Of a stretch of DNA of 64,000 bases, positions 9,875-17,780 are shown one piece after another (the stretch's first letter is position 1; every line of letters starts with the position of its first letter). Origin of the DNA: Escherichia phage UPEC03. The stretch lies in the sequence record MW250785; one strand, given 5' to 3'. The translations under genes were made by a program, and so were the position numbers. The notes under the pieces were generated by a model. It saw only the letters and a program-made list of their open reading frames with translations. It searched no databases and had not been told where the DNA came from.

Positions 9875-10237
9875 ATGAAAGCATATCAGATTTTAGAAGG
9901 TTTACACACTGGTACAATCTACCTGGAAGAAGGTAATGATGTTCGTGTGGTGGTATCCAAAACCCTCGAAATGGATTCAGTGATCGGTAAAGCTCGCGTT
10001 GCTCCATTCGCAAAACGTGAAGTCGATATTGAATTTCAACCCACTGTTAAAGTGGAAGGTGGACAACACTTAAACGTAAACGTGTTGCGCCGTGAAACTC
10101 TGGAAGACGCTGTGAAGCATCCAGAAAAATACCCACAGTTAACGATCCGTGTGTCCGGCTATGCAGTGCGTTTCAATTCACTGACTCCTGAACAACAGCG
10201 CGACGTTATCGCCCGAACCTTTACAGAGAGTCTATAA
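9875..10237 (+). CDS. autonomous glycyl-radical cofactor (GrcA/YfiD-like, T4 Y06I-type)
   Basis: 120 aa; glycyl-radical motif RVSGYAVRF; C-terminal ~60 aa appear identical to enterobacterial GrcA as recalled. Confidence 0.85.
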   Translation: MKAYQILEGLHTGTIYLEEGNDVRVVVSKTLEMDSVIGKARVAPFAKREVDIEFQPTVKVEGGQHLNVNVLRRETLEDAVKHPEKYPQLTIRVSGYAVRFNSLTPEQQRDVIARTFTESL

Positions 10238-10518
10238 TGGCGATTGAAGACGTACAGGGCTATAAGCCCCATTCAAAAGAAAAGATCGACAAAGTAAACC
10301 ACATCAAGGCCGCTGAAATTGCCCTGGGCGAAATCTTCAAAGAACTGGATGAAGAGTATTCAAGCGATTACGCGGTATCAGATACCGATTCATTCACCAC
10401 AGAAGAACTCGATGCGATGCTTGAACGTGTCCATCAAATCCAACTGGCGAAAGACCGACTGAAAGAAGCCTCTATGTGGGCGTGTCGTGCGGTGTTCCAG
10501 CCAGAAGAAAAGTATTAA
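10237..10518 (+). CDS. hypothetical protein
   Basis: 93-aa ORF, ATGA-coupled to the GrcA-like gene. Confidence 0.55.
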   Translation: MAIEDVQGYKPHSKEKIDKVNHIKAAEIALGEIFKELDEEYSSDYAVSDTDSFTTEELDAMLERVHQIQLAKDRLKEASMWACRAVFQPEEKY

Positions 10519-10522
10519 AATC

Positions 10523-10553
10523 CAGCCGTTGCCGAAAGGTAGCGGCTTTTTTC
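10523..10553 (+). terminator. probable terminator
   Basis: imperfect hairpin agccg...cggct followed by ttttttcgttttt. Confidence 0.45.
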
Positions 10554-10573
10554 GTTTTTATGCAAAATAATGC

Positions 10574-10602
10574 TTGCACTGAATCAGGCTTTCTTGTATC
10601 TT
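10574..10602 (+). promoter_or_regulatory. candidate promoter
   Basis: TTGCAC, 17-nt spacer, TATCTT; preceded by aaTGCTTgca (MotA-box-like); upstream of RBS tgaggatga. Confidence 0.4.
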
Positions 10603-10643
10603 TAACCACGTAGGCAAGACAACTTAACTTTGAGGATGACATT

Positions 10644-10937
10644 ATGAAAACTTACAACATGAAAGAACTGGTTTGCTTCAACACTCGTCGTGAAGCCCGT
10701 GCGTATGTTCTGGCGGCTGGTAAGAATACCTCTGCTGTAATCGACCTGGGTACTGATAAAGCTGTTGGCGCACGTTGGGCTGCTGTTGTGGTTATCGCTG
10801 CTCCTGTGACTCCTGTTAAAACTCTGGTTCTGGGTGCGCGTAAAGCCGAAACTCTGAAAACCAGCACTTGCGGGGCGGGTGGTGTTCATAATGTTACGGT
10901 CATTCGAAAAAGATCTTTTAATCGAGTCGGTGTATGA
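10644..10937 (+). CDS. hypothetical protein in a locally GC-rich segment
   Basis: ORF with RBS gagga; region open in three frames on both strands; 3' extent uncertain. Confidence 0.4.
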   Translation: MKTYNMKELVCFNTRREARAYVLAAGKNTSAVIDLGTDKAVGARWAAVVVIAAPVTPVKTLVLGARKAETLKTSTCGAGGVHNVTVIRKRSFNRVGV

Positions 10938-11027
10938 AGGTATACGGGGAAAACATAAAGAACAATCTCCGAAGAGATTGATGTAATCAATGAATTTCTA
11001 TGTAGACCATACGTTAAGAGAGTTATT

Positions 11028-11468
11028 ATGAATATTGGTAGTGGTGATTCATACCCATCATGCGCATTGAGCAACTTCGCCCCGCATCCGTTTACGTTTG
11101 ACGGGGTAGAATGTGCATCAATGGAGGGCTTTTTACAAAGTCTGAAATTCAGCAATCCAGATATGCAAGCGCATGTGTGTACGCTGGTTGGTAAAGCCGC
11201 CAAGTTCAAAGGCAAGAAAAAGAAATGGTATCGCGATCAGACCCTATACTGGAAGGGTATGCCGATTCACCGTGAATCAGAAGCATATCAAATCCTGATT
11301 GAAAACGCGTACAATGCTCTTTTCCTGAATGACGGGTTCCGCCGTGCGCTGGCTGCAACCGGAAAAAGTACCTTGACTCATTCAATGGGAAAGAATAAGA
11401 TGAATGAAACGGTACTCACTGAACGTGAGTTTGTCCGAAATTTAACCCGATTGAGAGATCTGTTATGA
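11028..11468 (+). CDS. NADAR-domain (YbiA-like) protein
   Basis: 146 aa; NADAR signature ALSNFAPHPFTFDGVECASMEGFLQSLKF. Confidence 0.6.
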   Translation: MNIGSGDSYPSCALSNFAPHPFTFDGVECASMEGFLQSLKFSNPDMQAHVCTLVGKAAKFKGKKKKWYRDQTLYWKGMPIHRESEAYQILIENAYNALFLNDGFRRALAATGKSTLTHSMGKNKMNETVLTEREFVRNLTRLRDLL

Positions 11469-11743
11469 TAGGTTATAAAGATTATGATGAAAGAGTAGAA
11501 TGCGCGTTCCTGTTCAAAGGCGCGATTAACCCGTTGGCATTACTCCACGCACAGGGTGCTTTGAGTTCTACCCTGATTATGGGTGTTATCTACAAAGCAG
11601 GTGTGTATTACGTTACCATCGGCGCAAACAACATTAACGTGATCAACAGCTACGTTGAAAAATGTAAGCTGAAAGATATTGTGTTCGATAAAGTCGAAAT
11701 GGATGTTCCAGGCTTCGACGCTGTTTATATGTACAAGGGCTGA
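11465..11743 (+). CDS. hypothetical protein
   Basis: ATGA-coupled 92-aa ORF. Confidence 0.5.
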   Translation: MIGYKDYDERVECAFLFKGAINPLALLHAQGALSSTLIMGVIYKAGVYYVTIGANNINVINSYVEKCKLKDIVFDKVEMDVPGFDAVYMYKG

Positions 11744-11745
11744 TA

Positions 11746-11991
11746 ATGAGTTACGTAATTTATTTCGATTGTTCGGATCTTGATCCTTTCGTTCTGCAAC
11801 AGGCAAAGAAATATCATCAAGATATCACTGGTATCAGTGTCACGAACGATGATATGCTGTGCATCGAATTTGATTATTATCGTACATTTGAGCGTGACAA
11901 ATTCCTTGCGGATATTGAAGCGTTTAAAGTACCCTTTTCTTTGATCGTTATGAGGTTAAATCTTGAAACCAGTTATTCTTACCGACATTGA
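11746..11991 (+). CDS. hypothetical protein
   Basis: 81-aa ORF. Confidence 0.45.
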   Translation: MSYVIYFDCSDLDPFVLQQAKKYHQDITGISVTNDDMLCIEFDYYRTFERDKFLADIEAFKVPFSLIVMRLNLETSYSYRH

Positions 11992-12568
11992 CGGGATCGC
12001 CGTAAAATGGCAGTCGGGGTTGCCGTTCTTTTTGTCTAAACACAACATGCCGACCGATATCGCGCTGGATATGGTTACGGATGAAAAGTTCCGCGATATG
12101 ACCGAAATCTTCGGGTGTGATCACCAACTGGCGAAAATTCTCATGGAAGAATACAACAACAGTTCGTTTATTCGCTATCTAAGCGCGTATGACGATGCGT
12201 TAATTGTTATCAACCGTCTGAAAGCCAAATATGATTTTGTGGCTGTCACGGCGCTGGGAACCACTCCTACGGCAAGCCTTAACCGTATTGCAAACCTGAA
12301 CACGCTGTTCCCTTCTGCATTCAAAGAGGTTTGTGTTGTCGGTCACGGCGAAACGAAAGTACATCGTTACCTGGAAGCCAAAGCAAAATATGGCGATCGT
12401 TTAGTATGTTTCATTGATGACCTTGCAGTAAACTTGAATGAGTGTCATAACGTCATCAGTCAGTTGCCGTTATTCCATATGTTGCGTGGCGAACGTAGTG
12501 AACCGAGTGTACCTCATACTAAAGTGAATAACTGGCATGAAATTGAAAAAGCAATTGAGAACTCTTGA
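11963..12568 (+). CDS. HAD-superfamily hydrolase
   Basis: HAD motif I LTDIDGIAV; TTG start with RBS tgagg. Confidence 0.55.
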   Translation: MKPVILTDIDGIAVKWQSGLPFFLSKHNMPTDIALDMVTDEKFRDMTEIFGCDHQLAKILMEEYNNSSFIRYLSAYDDALIVINRLKAKYDFVAVTALGTTPTASLNRIANLNTLFPSAFKEVCVVGHGETKVHRYLEAKAKYGDRLVCFIDDLAVNLNECHNVISQLPLFHMLRGERSEPSVPHTKVNNWHEIEKAIENS

Positions 12569-13088
12569 TGAAGAAACGCAAGGTATAGAAAACCTACTAC
12601 AATGTATTCGAGTAGAACCAGAAACCGGAAAATGTTTCTGGTTGGAAAAGAGAAGTAATAAAATTCCTGCTGGAAGTGAAGCAGGTTCTTTTCATAAATC
12701 AAGTGGATATACGCGAATAAAATTCGAAAATGCGATGTACATCCGGTCACGGGTGATATTTTATTACGTTAATGGTTATCTTCCAGTGATGGTTGACCAT
12801 GTTCACGGTGTTGAATGCGGTGATATGATTTCTAATCTAAGGGAGTCCAATCAGGTAACAAATCAACAAAACCGCACACGGAATAAAAATAATACCGTTG
12901 GGTTTAAGGGCGTGTCATTCAACAAGAAATCGCAAAAATATAGCGCCAAAATCACTTTACATGGAGTGACTAAGTGGTTAGGATTTTATGATTCTGCCGA
13001 GGAAGCAAGTGAAGCATATAAGGCCAAAGCACTCGTTTCCTTTACACATAATGAAAGGTACTTAAATGATCTTACAGATTCTAAATGA
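12537..13088 (+). CDS. HNH homing endonuclease with AP2 DNA-binding domain
   Basis: HNH core VDHVHGVECGDMISNLR...N; AP2-like GFKGVSF...YSAKITLHG...GFYDSAEEASEAYKAKA; paralogous to ORFs at 30224 and 44376. Confidence 0.7.
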   Translation: MKLKKQLRTLDEETQGIENLLQCIRVEPETGKCFWLEKRSNKIPAGSEAGSFHKSSGYTRIKFENAMYIRSRVIFYYVNGYLPVMVDHVHGVECGDMISNLRESNQVTNQQNRTRNKNNTVGFKGVSFNKKSQKYSAKITLHGVTKWLGFYDSAEEASEAYKAKALVSFTHNERYLNDLTDSK

Positions 13089-14589
13089 ACTCGCTTCGAC
13101 TCTGAAAATTTCAGAGAAGGAAGCGATCCTGAAACGTAATGCAGGTAATGATCTGCTGAAAGAGATTTTCCGCATTACGTACACGAAACAGATTATGTTT
13201 CACATTAAGAAGTTTCCGCAGGTGGACGGTAAGCCAGGCACAACCCCGCTATCGAATGCTATCGCGGATTTGATGTCTGATTTGGCAACGCGAAAATATA
13301 CGGGCAACGCAGCCCGTGATCGTCTGCTGGATATCGTATCATCGGTGAACGAGAATGATCGCGAAGTGCTTCGCCGTATCATTAACCGCGATCTGGAATG
13401 TGGTGCTGGTACAACGTTACCGAACCGCGTATGGAAGAAACTCATTCCAGAACAGCCTCAATGCCTCGCTACGCCGTTTAGTGAGAAAGCCTTAAAACGT
13501 ATTCGCTTCCCTGCTTACTCGCAGCTTAAAGCCGATGGTGCGCGTTGTATGTCCGATCTGTTAGAGAATCAGATCCGCAAAGCAACCCGCGCGGGAAATG
13601 AGTATGAAGGTTTGGTGAATCTGGACAAGGATCTGAAAAAGATTCGTGAATATCTGGGTTATGATGTTGTACTTGATGGAGAACTGATTTATGTCCCTGC
13701 TGAAAAAACTGCTGTCGTTCCTTCAAACAGCGTTCCATTTAGTCTTGCTGGGTTTATGGGCGATGACGACGATTCTGTTTCTGACCTTGTGGCAGATGTT
13801 AGGCGGGAAGCTACCGAGAACGAGACACAAGCGGAAGCGAAACGCGAAGAGGGCAACGGGATTGTAAACAAATCCCTGAAAGGTACTATCAGCGACGAAG
13901 AACAGCGCAATATCGTTTATGTTGTCTGGGATATCGTACCGTATGAAGTATACTATGGCGATGCTCCGAGTGTTCAACCATATTGCGATCGTTTCTCTAT
14001 CCTGGAAGGTGCGCTGGCTGGCTCTGGTGTAACATCGGTTAAGTTGATCCCTTCTATCCTGGTGCAGAACTACGCGGAAGCGAAAAAGGATTACAACAAT
14101 TACCGCAATGACGGTAAAGAGGGTTCAATCCTGAAAAACGTTGATTTCAAATGGAAGGATTCACGCGTTGCGGATCAGGTGAAGTTGAAGAACAAAACCC
14201 CGATTGAACTGCGAATCATCGACGTGTACGAACACACCAAAGAAGCTCATAAGGTCGGAGGGTTCGTGGTTGAGGACTTATCAGGAGAAGCCAGAACAAA
14301 CACAGGTTCCGGTCTGACTGATACGGACTACCGATACGATGAAGACGGTATTAACCGCGTGTACATCCCGTTAGAAGAACGTGGTGAACTGGATCGCGAA
14401 TACATCATGGCGAACAAAGATGACTATATCGGCGCTATCGTCGAAATGGAAGTTGACGGACTCCAGAAGTCTAAAACGCGTAAGAAGGGCGAACCTGAGT
14501 TCAGTTTCTTCTTGCCAATCATCAAGAAGATCCGACGCGATAAGACCGAACCGGATGATATTCACGTTATCTTCGCTGATCTGTTTTAA
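13066..14589 (+). CDS. 30: ATP-dependent DNA ligase
   Basis: 507 aa; adenylation motif QLKADGARC; N-terminus resembles T4 gp30 as recalled. Confidence 0.9.
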   Translation: MILQILNELASTLKISEKEAILKRNAGNDLLKEIFRITYTKQIMFHIKKFPQVDGKPGTTPLSNAIADLMSDLATRKYTGNAARDRLLDIVSSVNENDREVLRRIINRDLECGAGTTLPNRVWKKLIPEQPQCLATPFSEKALKRIRFPAYSQLKADGARCMSDLLENQIRKATRAGNEYEGLVNLDKDLKKIREYLGYDVVLDGELIYVPAEKTAVVPSNSVPFSLAGFMGDDDDSVSDLVADVRREATENETQAEAKREEGNGIVNKSLKGTISDEEQRNIVYVVWDIVPYEVYYGDAPSVQPYCDRFSILEGALAGSGVTSVKLIPSILVQNYAEAKKDYNNYRNDGKEGSILKNVDFKWKDSRVADQVKLKNKTPIELRIIDVYEHTKEAHKVGGFVVEDLSGEARTNTGSGLTDTDYRYDEDGINRVYIPLEERGELDREYIMANKDDYIGAIVEMEVDGLQKSKTRKKGEPEFSFFLPIIKKIRRDKTEPDDIHVIFADLF

Positions 14590-14606
14590 ATAGCACTTTT
14601 TGCTAA

Positions 14607-14650
14607 AAAGCCCCTTGCATGAGTAAGGGGCTTTTGTTATATTACAAACA
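14607..14650 (+). promoter_or_regulatory. stem-loop/promoter cassette (PeSL-like) after ligase
   Basis: hairpin aaagcccctt-gcatgagt-aaggggcttt with -35-like TTGCAT in the loop, -10-like TATATT, then leader ACAAACATCGAAACGAAA. Confidence 0.55.
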
Positions 14651-14680
14651 TCGAAACGAAACAGACAAAAGGAACATCCC

Positions 14681-14953
14681 ATGCAAATCACTAAAGAACT
14701 CGAAGGCAAAGTAATCGTTCTGGTAAATGAAGACCGTTTGGCACAACTGGGTAACGGTGGTGAAAAACTGCCAGCGGACGCACTCGAAAGCCTTTCTAAA
14801 ATGCGTGTGATGCGTGTTACTGACGGTTGGGTTACTTGTCTGCCTCTGAACGACGAAGACAAAGCCGTATACGATGCACAAGCGGATTCATGGGATATCG
14901 AAGTACCTCTGGTAAACATCGAAGTTGAAGAGTGCTACGAAATCGAAAAATAA
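14681..14953 (+). CDS. hypothetical protein
   Basis: 90-aa ORF downstream of the cassette. Confidence 0.55.
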   Translation: MQITKELEGKVIVLVNEDRLAQLGNGGEKLPADALESLSKMRVMRVTDGWVTCLPLNDEDKAVYDAQADSWDIEVPLVNIEVEECYEIEK

Positions 14954-14956
14954 TGC

Positions 14957-14989
14957 TTGCTTACTGGGTAATGTAGTGGTACATTACCC
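14957..14989 (+). promoter_or_regulatory. candidate promoter with spacer stem-loop
   Basis: TTGCTT, 17-nt spacer, TACATT; 10-bp inverted repeat gggtaatgta/tacattaccc; followed by ATCGAAACGAAAGGAGA leader. Confidence 0.45.
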
Positions 14990-15014
14990 ATATCGAAACG
15001 AAAGGAGAAACATC

Positions 15015-15194
15015 ATGAAAATTATGCACACTGCAAATCAACTTCAAAACGGCAACTACGCTATCCACGATGCTATCGGTGCGCTGGTTGGGGTTTATCT
15101 TCATGGTATCAAACTCCTTGAAGTAAGTGGGAATACCTTTTATGGTGTTGAAAACATCGAAGCAGCGATGGAAATTATCGGTGACCTGAAATGA
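15015..15194 (+). CDS. hypothetical protein
   Basis: 59-aa ORF with RBS aaaggaga; start moved from track 14925 to the internal ATG. Confidence 0.5.
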   Translation: MKIMHTANQLQNGNYAIHDAIGALVGVYLHGIKLLEVSGNTFYGVENIEAAMEIIGDLK

Positions 15195-15382
15195 GTAAGA
15201 AACTCGAAATATTCGAAACTATCAGCGAAGACCCTAATCATCGCTGGTGCTGTGCGAAAACTGGTTTTGATGCTGCATGGGGTGATACTCCAGAACAGGC
15301 GCGTAAAAACTGGGAACACCAACAATTGTTTTTTGCCTGTCGGGTTCCTACCAATTATGAGGGGAGTCAATTGTTAGCATGA
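15191..15382 (+). CDS. hypothetical protein
   Basis: ATGA-coupled 63-aa ORF. Confidence 0.5.
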   Translation: MSKKLEIFETISEDPNHRWCCAKTGFDAAWGDTPEQARKNWEHQQLFFACRVPTNYEGSQLLA

Positions 15383-15675
15383 AAAATAAAGAATATGACC
15401 CAATAGAAGTTAAAGAGCGGTTATCGGTAGCAAGAAGATTCCTTGAATCTATCGACCCTGATAAACTTGGAAAATGCCCTGATACGATTTGCCTTAATTG
15501 TGGGCGATCCGTAATGGTTGGAAAGTGCTGTGATAATCAGAATATCGTTATCATGGACAGGAAAGAAGTTTCACCGGAAGTATGGGATCGGATTCAAGAG
15601 ATCATCAAAAACCCACCTGAACCGACGAAACGTTTACGCGAACTTATGAGCAGGAAACCACGTTATGAAAAATGA
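15379..15675 (+). CDS. hypothetical protein with Cys cluster
   Basis: 98-aa ORF; CPDTICLNCG...CC. Confidence 0.5.
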   Translation: MKNKEYDPIEVKERLSVARRFLESIDPDKLGKCPDTICLNCGRSVMVGKCCDNQNIVIMDRKEVSPEVWDRIQEIIKNPPEPTKRLRELMSRKPRYEK

Positions 15676-16039
15676 ACCAAGTAAAACTATCCGCCTGATC
15701 CGTTGGGAAGGGCAAGAAATCCGTTATGAAGACGACGACCGCGAATTCGTCCATGAAATGCTTGCGCATAATCTGGGATTCAAAAACGCCGCACTGGTGA
15801 TGATGCAACAAACCAGCGATGAAGACACCTGGCAATGCGTCATTCTCGATCTGGACAAAAACAAGGAATACACCGAAGATGAACTGTTTGCGCTCACAGA
15901 GAACGCTACAGCGCGTCAGAAGTGCTTCATGATCGATATGCCTCGCGAGAACTACGAGAATATCAAGAAAGCCCGTAAACAGAACAAGAACAACGTGTTC
16001 GACCTGTTCATGGGCTATCATGAAGAAACTACGGCCTAA
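15665..16039 (+). CDS. hypothetical protein
   Basis: 124-aa ORF. Confidence 0.5.
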   Translation: MKNEPSKTIRLIRWEGQEIRYEDDDREFVHEMLAHNLGFKNAALVMMQQTSDEDTWQCVILDLDKNKEYTEDELFALTENATARQKCFMIDMPRENYENIKKARKQNKNNVFDLFMGYHEETTA

Positions 16040-17139
16040 GCCTCACTTGTTTTGCTGGTGTCGTTAGTAGCCGCTGCCACCTGTACACATTCCAATGTTT
16101 GCAGGTGGAAATCTTTTGATACGTCGCGGACACATTCAACGATCAGATACTTCCCTGAATATTCATCCCCTAACACCTCAATCAATGCCCCCACTTTAAC
16201 ATCCATTCGACCCTGATTGATATCAAACCGAATACGTTTTTCATAGCTGGATAACGTCTGACACTTCACAGCCTGGAACGGTTGACCCTGTTTGTCTGGG
16301 TTCTGGAAGTTGTTCTCATATACCGCGTTTCTGTTCATGGTGATCCATGCGTTTTCAATATCGGTACTCGCAAGGATATCACTATACAGTTTTTTATCCG
16401 TCATCGAGAAACTAAAGAAACTTGCATCCCCTAACAGGGTAGTGTTATCCTTATGGGTAATGTATTCACCTTTCGTGAATACCAAAGCGTCACCTAAAAA
16501 CGGGTTACTTACGTTGAACTTGTAAGCCTTTAACGGGGTTTGTGCGAGGATCTCCGTATTGCTTTTCATAAAGATACCGGAACCATCTTCCCACAGATAA
16601 CAGAAGTCAGACGAATCTACGCTCTGCCCGTTGTCACGGATGTAATCAAACACGGTTTCATACGTCCCGCTCAGGCAAGCCGGAGGAATACGCACGTTTG
16701 ATGCGTCGATATGCGGCGTGATCAACTTCATATCGTTATACAGTGCCGTCATGCACTCTGTAATCGTCTGTACGGCGTTGTTACTGAACGAACGGGAAAA
16801 CTTACGACGAAACACCGTATGCACCGGAGAAAGGTTTAGGCGCAGTATAGAGCGGTTCATATCATCGGTTTCGACGTTTGAATACAGAACACCGTAGTAA
16901 TGCTGTTCTAACGTTTCGTTATACTGGAAGGATACCTGAATAATCGGTTTTTCTGTCAACTGATAGATTAACTGGTTATCATAGATCTGCATCAATGTTT
17001 CAGAAGTACCGTTAATGATGGTTTTCTCACTCATTGAGACAAGGGCAGGTAACAATTCAAGATAGACGTTATCAGCGAACTTTTCATATGTTGGATATAA
17101 TTTAACCGACACGACGCGGTTTATAACTTTACTGGACAT
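16036..17139 (-). CDS. 27: baseplate hub subunit (gp27-like)
   Basis: 367 aa; segments resemble T4 gp27 as recalled (VSVKLYPTYE, LMQIYDNQ, IIQVS, CYLWED); RBS ggagg. Confidence 0.65.
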   Translation of the reverse strand: MSSKVINRVVSVKLYPTYEKFADNVYLELLPALVSMSEKTIINGTSETLMQIYDNQLIYQLTEKPIIQVSFQYNETLEQHYYGVLYSNVETDDMNRSILRLNLSPVHTVFRRKFSRSFSNNAVQTITECMTALYNDMKLITPHIDASNVRIPPACLSGTYETVFDYIRDNGQSVDSSDFCYLWEDGSGIFMKSNTEILAQTPLKAYKFNVSNPFLGDALVFTKGEYITHKDNTTLLGDASFFSFSMTDKKLYSDILASTDIENAWITMNRNAVYENNFQNPDKQGQPFQAVKCQTLSSYEKRIRFDINQGRMDVKVGALIEVLGDEYSGKYLIVECVRDVSKDFHLQTLECVQVAAATNDTSKTSEA

Positions 17140-17201
17140 TAGACATCCTCCCTTTATATTCTATTTACTAAATAGTAAATATCGGGATACTTGAGGCGAT
17201 C

Positions 17202-17780
17202 ATGAAAGAGAAGAAAAACACACTTGATAAATTTATGGTTACGCGTTTAAACATCAAGAACAGCAAAAATAAAGTAGTCACGTTGCCTACTGGTGAACAG
17301 GTTACGATCCCCCGTCTGGGCTATCGTCATTTCACCCAGATTAAAGCAATGAAAGACCCAATGCAGTTGCTTGAGTATATCATCAAAGAGATTCAACCGC
17401 GCGAATTAACCGCAGCAGAAACCGAATTCCTTTTGATTCACCTGCATTATCACAATGACGATAAAGCAATGGCGATACTGAAAGAGATCGGTATTAATCT
17501 GGATGATATGAAAATCAGCGAAGCTAAGTATGAACATACTTTTGATAACCTTCGATTGGTCTTCAATAAACCGACCCTAATGCTGGATGATCTGGCATTA
17601 CTGCTTAAAGAAGCGTATGACAACGGGAAGCCGATCGAACTGACGGACGAAAACCGTATTCAATTAATTAACTGCCTGTATCGTTATGAATATGACGATG
17701 TAAAACGTGGCGTACTCCAGGAAGTCTATATTGTGCATGAGGGGAAAACCATTAAAGGGCTTAACATCATCGGTGAATGA
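17202..17780 (+). CDS. putative baseplate hub distal subunit (gp28-like), assigned by position and size
   Basis: 192-aa ORF immediately upstream of, and coupled to, the gp29-like gene. Confidence 0.4.
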   Translation: MKEKKNTLDKFMVTRLNIKNSKNKVVTLPTGEQVTIPRLGYRHFTQIKAMKDPMQLLEYIIKEIQPRELTAAETEFLLIHLHYHNDDKAMAILKEIGINLDDMKISEAKYEHTFDNLRLVFNKPTLMLDDLALLLKEAYDNGKPIELTDENRIQLINCLYRYEYDDVKRGVLQEVYIVHEGKTIKGLNIIGE

